A stretch of 62,829 bases of DNA, filler included, from Phoronis australis (Eukaryota > Animalia > Phoronida): NCBI GenBank assembly GCA_002633005.1. It is 11 parts of 11 records of this genome, joined end to end, with 100 filler letters (N's around TTAATTAATTAA, not from the genome) between each part and the next. Parts side by side here need not be neighbours in the genome. Positions count along the whole stretch, not along the records: positions 1 to 13,016 come from NMRA01001188.1; 10 more parts are not named here. The stretch is one strand, 5' to 3'. Shown piece by piece: positions 1 through 10,300 of this stretch. The translations under genes and the position numbers were made by a program. The notes below the pieces were generated by a model that made no database searches, was not told where the DNA came from, and saw nothing but the letters and a program-made list of their open reading frames with translations. Positions within the stretch are counted from its first letter, which is position 1. Each line of letters begins with the position of its first letter.

Positions 1-100
1 TCAACATCACCCTCAGTCCGCACCGGGCTCGTAAAATCGGGGCGCCTTGGTCGTGGATACCGCCCCCGTTACACTGCAAAGTGGCCCTGTGGAAACATGT

Positions 101-262
101 AACCTGGCGTGCGTTCAGTAGACGCTAGGACCTACGCTAGGACCTAACTAAAACCTAGTCAAAGGCACGTGTTCTCATTTAAAATGCACGGCAATTATCT
201 CACGTAATCTCTCGAAGTCTTGATTTTTAGCGAGGTCCTAGCGTTACTGAACGGGAGGCTGG
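101..262. mobile_element. Short inverted-repeat (MITE-like) element
   Basis: Left arm cgttcagtagacgctaggacct (with a local repeat of acgctaggacct) is inverted to right arm aggtcctagcgttactgaacg. Confidence 0.55.
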
Positions 263-988
263 TTCCCGAGCCTCACAAGCTGACGTCACGGATTGCTTGT
301 GAAGGCCCCCAACCAATCTCGTTGGTCTGTGTAGGAGACTAGTGAAACATGATGAACGACACACGGAATTCCGTGGGTGGGCATCAATGCGCATGCCTTT
401 CGTTTAGCACTGTGATAGAGTGTACCCTGTTGCCACACTTATCCACAGCTTGGCACTTCTCGCCTACTTTAAAAAAATCCGCGATCGCATACGTATGTAT
501 ACTCAGACAACACTGGAAGTTCGACTAAAGCAAGTGGAATTGTTTATTTCGGAAAATGACGAACGTCTACCTAGGCTTAAAAACAAGTTCTCAATTGCTA
601 TTCGTTTAAACAATATATTTCTCCTTATTGTGTAATATTTTAAAACATGGGAATTGCATTTTATTGAAGCAAATCGATTTTGGTACATTTTAGCCTTTTG
701 GTAGGGAATTATAAGTTGCCTCATGGAGGTGAATCACAACACACCGTTTGTAAATTCTTACGCTCTGCTCGTACACAATTAGGTGGTAATTTTTTATACT
801 ACTAAAAAAATTATTTCCTGGACTAGAAAGAAAATTCAAAGTTCTAAAATGCTTAATTTTTCACGAGAAATTCGGTTAAGCAGGTAGATTTTTAAAATAA
901 AGTTTAGTTTTTTTGCCAACAAAGGCACGTAGTTTTATGGCATAATAAGGTGTCACTTAAGCCGGGATCACGTACGTGATCAAGCAGC

Positions 989-1440
989 CCACAACGCCAG
1001 AAATTTGTAACATGCACTATTGCGCATTCGCTAAATCTTGCCATCAGCCCTCCATAAGAAATACACAAGAACAGGCTATAATCAGCAATTTACAAGCGAT
1101 CGGGAAGATAGCTACAGAATTTGCCGATAGCCCGTGGCATGGAGTGTATGTTAAGACATGTTACTGCCAAATATCAGCGTCATTGGTGAAAAATTTTCCA
1201 CGTCTCTTCAAGTTTGACCCGTTAAGGCCTATGCTATAACGATCGTCCGGAAGCCAATATTTGAGCGCATAGCTCATTTTGAAGTCAAGTTTGTGCCTGA
1301 ATTCATTTTGCCATCAATTTTGCCGATAGCCTAGATGACTACCAGGAGTACTCGGAGGTTGCTGATCCAAATTTCATGCTGTTTTTCGAAAAATTTCCAC
1401 GTCTCTTGTGTTTAGAAAATGGATCCACGTACAGTGCTGT
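989..1440 (+). repeat. Dispersed repeat with internal ~200-bp direct repeat (copy 1)
   Basis: Closely similar to 51877-52332 on another contig; tttgccgatagcc...tttccacgtctctt occurs twice within it. Confidence 0.85.
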
Positions 1441-1833
1441 GAGATGAAATGTTGCAGATCGCCTGGCTGTCTGGCATTGAAATTTGCACTCTGTAGATGA
1501 AAGACTAGCTCAGAATCGGTAAGAAACTGTTATGTTCATTTTTTCATCTGTTATGAGTTTAGAAAAACATTCGAAGTTTGAAAAAATTCGGATTTTATAC
1601 AGTTTTATTCAGATTTCGTCTATGATCAGTAGTTGATACTGTAGTTATCTTCAAAATGTTGTTCCGTTTTTTGTGATCCACAGGACGTTGTCCTTCGTCT
1701 TAATTCAGTGCTGTTACTTAGGAGTGAATTCAATGGTCTATTGTGATCGCATTACCAAACTCCAACCGACGGACCAGTGAGCGTCCGACGGTCAATCTTT
1801 AGCAGGGCAGGTTTCGTCATTGTCAATTTATTA

Positions 1834-1900
1834 GACACACACGCGCGCGCACGCACGCACGCGCACCCCCACCCCCCACGCGCGCTTGTATATACATGTA

Positions 1901-1937
<37 letters not shown>

Positions 1938-1985
1938 TGCGTGCGTGCGTGCGTGTGTGTGACGGTGCATGTGTGTGTTTGTGTG
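1834..1985. repeat. Compound (CA/CG/GT)n microsatellite, quasi-palindromic
   Basis: acacacacgcgcgcgcacgcacgcacgc...(gt)n...gcgtgcgtgcgtgcgtgtgtgt. Confidence 0.95.
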
Positions 1986-2293
1986 GATGGTTAGTATGCA
2001 GGCCTTTCAGTGTTAAGTTCTGAGTGACTGACATATGTAAAAGCCAGCTATGGCTTACATATAGATATACTTAGTATTTCGAAGTTCTTATGATGTGCAG
2101 TGATCATATGCGGGCTTAGGAGAGGATAGATACGCTGCCTGTACCAGCCAAAACAACGGTGAAAGCGCGCCTTTTTTAGGGTATCATGGGATTATAATTT
2201 GTATTGGATACGCATCTTCCTCCCGCACCAAAGGTGATGATATACAAGGTATTTCTTGACTACACTAGTATAGAGCGTTATTATTTTAAACGA

Positions 2294-2329
2294 CCAATCA
2301 GGTGAAAAAGAATTGAACCGTATGATTGG
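2294..2329. promoter_or_regulatory. Pair of oppositely oriented CCAAT boxes upstream of the LRR gene
   Basis: gaccaatca (CCAAT at 2294) and tgattggct (ATTGG at 2325), 100-135 bp before the ATG. Confidence 0.35.
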
Positions 2330-2427
2330 CTGAGTCTTTGGGATCAGCGGTACTCAACATCTTCAGCTTAAAAGGTTGTAGTGCAAACAGAGTGTGAGTG
2401 GGTCGTAGGTGCTAGCCTATTCACACG

Positions 2428-4632
2428 ATGAAAGATTCACCTGACAACTTTCGCCAGTATAACATGAATTGTAACTCGTGTATTATCCTGCTCCTGGCGT
2501 TGGGTTTTGCCGTTAGACCCCTTCAAACATGTACTATCAACACCAAGTCCATTGCGCGCGGGAGCACGTCGATAAACGCCAAGTCTTGTGGATTACAAGA
2601 AATAACGAAACTGCTCTTTAGCAATATGAACTTTGCTCGTATTTATTCGGTGAAGTTCAATAACAACCCTGAGATCCAAGTGGTTCCAGGTGGACTTTTT
2701 GATGGCCTGCACAATGTCGTGAAAATAGAACTAAGAGCTAACAACATTCAGACGATCTCTGAAACAGCGTTCACGAATCTGACAAATCTGAAAACTTTAT
2801 ACCTTAGCAACAACGACATGTCCGTGGTGCCTGATGGAGTTTTTACAAGCATGTCAAACTTGGAAAGATTGGTGCTGTCGTTCAACAAAATTCTGACCAT
2901 CTCTAAAAACGCATTCTCAGAAATGGTAAGTCTCAATGAATTGGACTTGCGCTCCAATTCGATATCGTCATTCCTGCCTACCTGCCTACCGCGAGTATCT
3001 ACACCATTTAAGTTGTTTGTGATGGACAATCAATTTTCAAGCGTAAAAAGCACGCCTTTCATTGAAAAAATCAATGTTTTAGAAGTCCATTTAGAGCGCA
3101 ACGAACTGTCGTCATTGCAGCAAAACTTCTTCGGTGGCTTGGAGAACGTGGAGCACTTGAGTTTGGACTTTAATTTGATCGATACGTTGATTGGCTCGCC
3201 GTTTAGGAACCTTAATTCCTTAAACTTCCTAGGGCTCCGTTTTAACAAAATCGTAAACATTACAGCCTCACATTTTCAAGGACTGTCTCAACTTAAAAGT
3301 TTGCAGCTCAGTGGCAACTACATAGAGCGATTGGAAGTCGGATTGTTTGACTCTGTTCCGTTACTAGAACTACTTATCATCGAAGACAATAAACTGAAAA
3401 CGATTGACAAGACTACAATCGATAGTCTTCGTTTCCTTTACTTATTTGACCTATCTAACAATGAGCTTGATGTTATGGGACAAAATTGGATACGAAATCC
3501 AGACATGTGGCATCTAGATTTAAGCAACAATATACTGAAAACTATATACAACGAAACTCTGTACGGCTTATATGTTCTAGAGGAGCTTCATTTGTCCAAC
3601 AACGGAATAGTAACGTTAGGTATCGATGCATTTACTACTTTATTTAAATTAAGAGTTTTGTATCTCTTTGGCAATAATATCAACAGTTTAAGCTCTTCAC
3701 ATTTTAAACCTATCCAGTCATTAAATGTACTTGTTTTCCAAATCAGTGAATTTTCAGAATTAAACTCTGACGTGTTCAAGTACTGCTCGGCAACCCGTTT
3801 CGACGTTGATGTTCATTCACTTTCACAACTTCCGGTGGTAGCCGTTCAGACCCTGACTATTCGCTTTAATTTGCCAGCTCCTGTACAAAACTCTATAATT
3901 TCAGATGACTTAACTCTAGTACATTTGGGCCCCGATCCCTTTGTCCTGTCAGTACAAATTATGCAACAGATCCGGGCTCAACGAATGACAATTAGCAGCA
4001 CAATTTCGTATATTGAAGATGAGGCGTTCGCGCATCTTGAAACTATGTCGGTCTCTGTGTTGCATTTGCAAAATAACAAAATCACACAATTGAAGAATAA
4101 TACATTTGTCGGCTTAAGCTATCTTTCCGTTTTAAATTTGAGATATAATCTGATTGAAGACATCCAGCAAGGAACATTTCAGTTATTGCCAAGATTAGAA
4201 AAATTATTACTTAGAAGTAATAGGATAGGCTGGTTACAAGTTGGTGTGTTTAGTAATTTAAGATTATTAAAGAATGCTGACTTGTCAAGTAACGAAATAG
4301 AGGAAATTGATGAAAATTGTTTCCAAGACCTAATAATGTTGGCGAAATTGGAGCTCAATAATAACCGTCTGAAAACAATTACAAGATACACATTCAACGG
4401 CTCCCTTCAAAATTTAGGTAGTCTGTCGCTAAGTCACAATGAAATTACCACAATAGACGATAGAGCGTTTGCTACTTTAAGGAGTGTATTCGACCTTGAC
4501 TTGAGTTTCAACAATATTGAGCAAGTTCAAGCAAAATTGTTTGAGCCGCTCGTCACACTTCGTAAGCTGCTCTTGAATAACAATTTTATAAAAAAATTGG
4601 AAACATTGTTCTACCAAATCTTCCAAATATGA
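2428..4632 (+). CDS. Leucine-rich-repeat extracellular protein, N-terminal part (signal peptide, LRRNT-like cap, about 20 LRRs); continues in the -1 frame
   Basis: 734-aa intronless ORF; hydrophobic IILLLALGFAV signal (the ATG at 2464 may be the true start); repeated LxxLxLxxNxIxxL...F units. Confidence 0.93.
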   Translation: MKDSPDNFRQYNMNCNSCIILLLALGFAVRPLQTCTINTKSIARGSTSINAKSCGLQEITKLLFSNMNFARIYSVKFNNNPEIQVVPGGLFDGLHNVVKIELRANNIQTISETAFTNLTNLKTLYLSNNDMSVVPDGVFTSMSNLERLVLSFNKILTISKNAFSEMVSLNELDLRSNSISSFLPTCLPRVSTPFKLFVMDNQFSSVKSTPFIEKINVLEVHLERNELSSLQQNFFGGLENVEHLSLDFNLIDTLIGSPFRNLNSLNFLGLRFNKIVNITASHFQGLSQLKSLQLSGNYIERLEVGLFDSVPLLELLIIEDNKLKTIDKTTIDSLRFLYLFDLSNNELDVMGQNWIRNPDMWHLDLSNNILKTIYNETLYGLYVLEELHLSNNGIVTLGIDAFTTLFKLRVLYLFGNNINSLSSSHFKPIQSLNVLVFQISEFSELNSDVFKYCSATRFDVDVHSLSQLPVVAVQTLTIRFNLPAPVQNSIISDDLTLVHLGPDPFVLSVQIMQQIRAQRMTISSTISYIEDEAFAHLETMSVSVLHLQNNKITQLKNNTFVGLSYLSVLNLRYNLIEDIQQGTFQLLPRLEKLLLRSNRIGWLQVGVFSNLRLLKNADLSSNEIEEIDENCFQDLIMLAKLELNNNRLKTITRYTFNGSLQNLGSLSLSHNEITTIDDRAFATLRSVFDLDLSFNNIEQVQAKLFEPLVTLRKLLLNNNFIKKLETLFYQIFQI

Positions 4633-5222
4633 ACACTTTGGAAATTTCTTACAACCAAATTCAAGCATTACCCAAGATACTCATTGATCAAGCACTAACT
4701 GAAACGTTAAAGTTAAAACTTGCGCAAAACCCTATTCATTGCAACTGTCTCTTGAGAGATTTGCAAGATTTTTTTTTTAAAGGCTCTTATACAGTCGATG
4801 TACCGTCATGTCGTACACCGTTTTTCTCTAGTCCGAAAATTGAGAAGTTTATAAACATCAACCTGACTTGCACAGAGCCGTCTGTTCCTAAAATCAATTT
4901 TACTGTTATTAGTGGCAAGTTAGTGGTATCTTGCTCCTCTGAGGGAGACCCTGGACCGAATATCACAATTGTCTCACCCACCGGTGAAGCGTATGGGTTC
5001 ACGACTTCTCTTGCCTCTGAATTACGTGTTGAAGGGATTGTAAATTTGACCTTGCCTGACAACTTCAACAAATCTAAAGGTGTGTTATGCAAAGCCACGA
5101 ACCCGTTTGGAACACGCGAAAGTGTACAAGCAATTCCGAATCTAGGCAGTTCATTGAGATTTGCATTGCTCATCTTGTTTGCAGAACTCGTTTGGGTTTT
5201 CCTTGGATGTCAGACTTATTAA
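4596..5222 (+). CDS. C-terminal part of the same LRR protein: last LRR, LRRCT, Ig-like domain, hydrophobic GPI/TM-like tail
   Basis: The -1 frame reads IGNIVLPNLPNMNTLEISYNQIQALP; LRRCT NPIHCNC...C...C; Ig motifs VSCSSEGDPGPNI and CKATNPFG; C-terminal FALLILFAELVWVFLG. Confidence 0.88.
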   Translation: MGNIVLPNLPNMNTLEISYNQIQALPKILIDQALTETLKLKLAQNPIHCNCLLRDLQDFFFKGSYTVDVPSCRTPFFSSPKIEKFININLTCTEPSVPKINFTVISGKLVVSCSSEGDPGPNITIVSPTGEAYGFTTSLASELRVEGIVNLTLPDNFNKSKGVLCKATNPFGTRESVQAIPNLGSSLRFALLILFAELVWVFLGCQTY

Positions 5223-5656
5223 TGCACATGCGGTCCGGCGTTGAAAAGAACGCCTACGCACGCTTAAATATTCATACGCTCTTCTGATAAGCGTATAGAG
5301 AGTTTTCCAAATTACGACTGTCGGTTTGGAGAAGTGCGAAAGATTGATATCACTGATTCATTTGCTCAGTCAAGAACCCTAGAGAACTCCCAAAATTCCT
5401 GTTATTATTCCAGTACAATGGCGATGGAGTACTAGTAGTACCGGCAAGTCAATCTTAAAGATTTGTGTAGGACTACCTTTAAAATTCCCGAGAACAACTT
5501 GAAAATATCAGAGTGATTAGACTCTCAAACAAAGATTGGGATGACGCTGTGTTCCATTCAGGCAAGGCATACTGATTTATCAAAGATGAAATATACATTA
5601 GCCAGACATTGTATTTTTGCAGACTGATAGCAATAACAACTAACTTGTATGTTTAA

Positions 5657-6183
5657 GAGGCCAAGAACGCAACAAACAGACTAAATTGCAATATTGAAGG
5701 TGATTATCTGCCACTGAAACAGAATTCAACCTGCTCACCAGGTGTTTTTAGGATTTATTCGTAACTGTTTTTAATTTCTGTCGATATCAAAGCATTAACT
5801 TTTAGCTTAAAATTTCAAAAAAAAAACATTATGTCAGCTGCTCGCCACATCGTCGATTTTGTCCCACAAGGCAAAGCACATCTCTTTATTTGGTGTGGTA
5901 AGACAGACGCAGTACATTTCCCTCTTAAGGAAAGTTTGATCTTTGACCACAAGCGACTTCAAAAAATTGACTGTGAGCTCATGGAGGTAGATTAGAAACT
6001 CTGAAGCAACCGCATAGTTTTTCCTTCGCTCGTGTTTCAAAAATCGTTAATTTTACGATTTTTTTTCTGGAAATTTCTTCACAGGGGGAAATGAATTACT
6101 CTGTAATAGACGTTGCGAGAAAGAACTTTAGTCAGGAATTGTTTAAAAGATGTTTTTAAATAGCTTTCGCGTTCCACGCCTCT
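5657..6183. mobile_element. Kolobok-like non-autonomous element (TTAA-flanked)
   Basis: ttaa|gaggccaagaacgc ... gcgttccacgcctct|ttaa; imperfect TIRs. Confidence 0.55.
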
Positions 6184-7203
6184 TTAAAGCACCATGACTT
6201 TGACTCGGCATCAGCTCTTTGGTAATAACCAACTACCTGTAGACAATTCTATTTTGTATTACAACAACTTGATAAGCACTGTCATGAAGTCAAATATAGT
6301 GATTTCAGTTGAGATTCCAATGTAGATGTTTGGAAACAAAATAATCACATGTGTAATATTACGTAACTGCAGTGTATGTAACTTTTACACTTTGTCACAT
6401 CTAGAAGATGGAGCATTATCACAAGAGAAAAGGTGTATTATTGTCGTAATGTATTTTCAACTGTATTGGCATGTTCATTTAATGTTGTTTTCCATGGAAC
6501 TGTATTTTCCATATAGCACAGGTGTTTTAGTATAATTGTGGATGACATAAGTTGTACAAAACTGTTCTATGAAATATGACTCGCGGCCAGTATTGGCACA
6601 AACATACTGTTACCAGGGTTAGCCATTCAATGATAAAGTAGACAAGTATCCCTGTCAAGACATATTGTTTCACTCTTTTATCCACGCGTCATGGTGCCAG
6701 GAGCTTGTGACTTTCCTTTGGGTTACACTAATGATGATTACAATGCCAACTAAGCTTAATTTTCAGCCCGCCACAATGATTCGTTCAATTGTGAGTTGAT
6801 GTCATTGGCGTCAGAGGTTTGAAATACGATAAGGGAATGCGGACGTGGAGGCCGTTTAGTTTTCAAATTCAGATTCAAATACTCATAGAGGTCACAATTC
6901 TTGACGTAAGCATCTGGAAATATGTGCGATTATTATAACAGACGTATGCTACACATGTGCTGTCAATCATTGACTTTTTGGTCAAAGGTGGCGGAAATAT
7001 TGGCCACTGCGCTTGAGTACATCGATTTTCGTACTAAAACGTTATATTCGGTAGAGGGCACATAGTGTCCCGGATTCCCACTATGCTGTAAACTTTCGTC
7101 AGACACATTTGCTGCCTCGTTGGGACCACTGGAGTTTCACATGTTATTTGTTGTTGTCTGAGTCTTTATATTTTTTTCTTGCTTAACTCTATACAGCCCT
7201 GTG

Positions 7204-7360
7204 ATGCCAACGAAATACAGTGTATTAGGCTACTGCTGTGCTGTGGGCTGCAACTCCAGCGTGAGAAAGTTTGACTATAAATTGAATAAATACCCATGGA
7301 GTGCATGATCTGAAATTCTTCGTCTTCCCGACATCACTGAAAGACAAAAAATGTGCCTGA
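7204..7360 (+). pseudogene. THAP zinc-finger N-terminal remnant (transposase-derived), frameshifted
   Basis: MPTKYSVLGYCCAVGCNSS...KYPW, then the shifted frame HDLKFFVFPTSLKDKK; matches the THAP CxxxxC...FxFP pattern. Confidence 0.55.
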
Positions 7361-10300
7361 TTTCCAATACGAGGTCACACTCTTTCTATCTAATCTCTGG
7401 AACAAAGGAGAGTTATATCGCCGTGTACTCCGGGACGGCTTTGCTTCTAAATTTTTCACGCGTTTCCCGAGACTAGCCGTCAAGTGCTAATCAACCGGAA
7501 GTTGTATCCAAAGTTGCGAATCTGGCGCATTTTCATCACTTTTCAATCGTGCTGGGGTTTTATTTTGAACAGGAAGAGCAAATGACGTAAATTTTAGCAC
7601 GTGGATTTTTAAGGTATACTCTTTCAAATGCATTTTTTTCCATCATTGTTACCTTTTTTGGCATTCAATTTAAAAAATGCAAAATTTGCAATTTTTCGGG
7701 AATTTTGTGAAAATACTTTGTTATAGAGTGTTTTGAACTGGTTTTCAGACGATGTTTCCTATTTTTCGCTAGAAAGTCTCTTTTTCGAATTATTTGGGAT
7801 TTTCTGATTTTGATGTACTTTTGCTGGTTCACCTTCTATTGAAAAGGTTATACACTGCATTTCTTACTCATTTCTGATATCTTCATTAACATATGATTTT
7901 TATCATAATGAGACAATGTATCAGCATCATCATCATTGCCATCATCATTATCATCACAATAATCCTCTCCACTGCCATTTATCATTCAATATCGCGTGTC
8001 GTCCTCCAGGGCTGCCTTGTGTCGACTGCCACGGTCTGATATGGCCTCAGTTTATTACGTACAGGCCGTGATACTGCATGCTCCTTTCCTAGCAACGCTC
8101 AAATCAATTCTTACGTTTTTGTCGTACTCGACTAAACTTAATGTTTTTCGTGTTCGGTAATTTTTCATTAATGTCATTGGTTCTCACTACTTTTGAATAA
8201 TACATTTAATCTATAAAAAGTACATTGAAATGTAACTGAGATCTAGTGGAGTGCGTATTATCATGTCTTGATCATTCTCATTATCAACGTTGTCTTGGGA
8301 ATTGTCTTAGCCAGCTACACTTTTTATACACCTACAGTTGTTTGACTTGGTCGCGGACTACTGGTTGTCAGCAGCACCGGCACTTGCCGTGTAGCGAGTG
8401 ACCCCCGGGCCGTCAAGACATTCTAGAAGTTTCACTTAGCCGGCGTAGCGACAAGGACTCTTTTGGGTCGCACCGGTTTTCATAGAAGGAAACTGCAACG
8501 ATACTGTATTCCAGCCGTATCATCTCCATGTGTGTGGCCATCTTTTCACTCAATTTCACCTTTTGTCGCTCCTCCGAGCGCTTTCATTTCTTTGTTTGCG
8601 TCCGGTGACGTGACTGCCTGCGCGCTTGTAACCCATCTTCCATCAGAGTTTATCAACTGTTCCAGCTCTTGGCAACTTTGCTTTGCTCCCAATTATGGTA
8701 CAACGATAACCAAAAATATTAAAGTTCACGCAAAACATACAACTCTCAAGCAAACTTTACCACTTGTTTAGTCCTGCGGTCTTCCGAAACACTCCTATCA
8801 CAACCGCGGACTAGCCTTCACAAATTGCCGTTAGTGGCAGCACCAACACTTCTTCAACAAATGACAGCCAAATGACGTATGTCAGAATTAGGAAACCACA
8901 GTGCGAAGTAAAGATTCGATTAACTTCACAGAAACAAACAAAAACTAGAATACTGACACACTGCAATAACAAAAGTCTTAAGAAAATTCTCTGCAACACC
9001 CAGCACACAACACGTACGCGCACTGTCTCACCGTAGAAGAGTGACCTTTTTTGCTGGTGAATTGGTTTGCGCCTGCCTAAAACACTCTTGGTGTAAGTTT
9101 GAATAGGTGAGCAAGTGTTAAAGATGACTATTCTATGACGTTTTTATAAAACTTCGTTTTAGGTTTCATCAAAAGAAGACTAAAATTATTGGAAATTGAA
9201 ATTCGCGTACGTACTTGAAACTATAGTGGTGAACTTATCTTTATGATAACTTTGTTGGTGAATCAAAACTTTACAGACGCGTACGACATACAAAATAACT
9301 GACTCTCACTCTTAGTCAGTGTCACATCAATGATTTCTAAAACGATTCGATTTCCCTCAAATGACCGACATGTCAGCCATCAAAATCTCCATTAAAACAA
9401 TTTTCAAGCACTTACGAAGATCTGAGATGTTTGATGGCAGGCCTACGACAGAATAAGAGTGCAAGTTTTTGTAAATCTACCCAAGAGCTGAAGAAAACTA
9501 GATGCAATAAAGGGCAGAAAAATTCACAAATGAAGAGGCCTGGAAATCGTCATTTAAGATTTATCACGTACTAAGCTTGAATACGTCTAATATAGCTCGT
9601 ATTTTTGGTAAAGAGACATGTACACGTGCGCTTAAAGAATTTGTCAATGATATGAAAAATAGAGTAGGCCCAATCCTTTCATGCTACCATTGCGCTTCTT
9701 AAACAGTGTGCGAATAACAGCATTTACCTAAGTTATAATACATGTAGCTATCTAAAAGAAAGTTTTCATCTGACCGAAAATTTTGACGATTTTTGGAAGA
9801 AAATCAATTCAAAATTATCAGAAGCCCGTTTTTTAATTGTATGTAGGCCTCTTAAATGTGTTGGTTAAAACAGTCCAGTTTTCGTAACAAACAGATTTTA
9901 ATGTACACCACTAACCTTTATGAAATTGGACTCAAATTATTCCTTAGTCATAAATACGTGCGCCCTCTATGCTTGGAAGGAACTAACATTTCGTTATTGA
10001 TTCAAATTTGGCTCTACAAGTCGGCTAATCACCTAATGAAATTTTATTCGCCGAACATAGTCTCGAGAAATAACGTACTACCAGTTGTTTGCAAGACCGA
10101 AAACCATTTCTCCCCTGAGCGAGGAAGACGTTGATACCAATATTAAAGGTAAAAGTGATCTTAACCACGGGTCCATTGCCAGTTGAACTGGCGATACTTT
10201 GCTACAAGAACATTTAAGTTCAATCGCTGCCCGAAGACTCGTTCGTCAGCGATTTGTTTCTATATAACCGGTGTCTGTTGCTTAGTCAGTGAGTTGCCAC

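Noticed and set aside
1752-2034. HT/CV-rich ORFs
   Set aside because: Translations of the microsatellite
2748-5173. Several minus-strand ORFs
   Set aside because: Antisense shadows of the LRR gene
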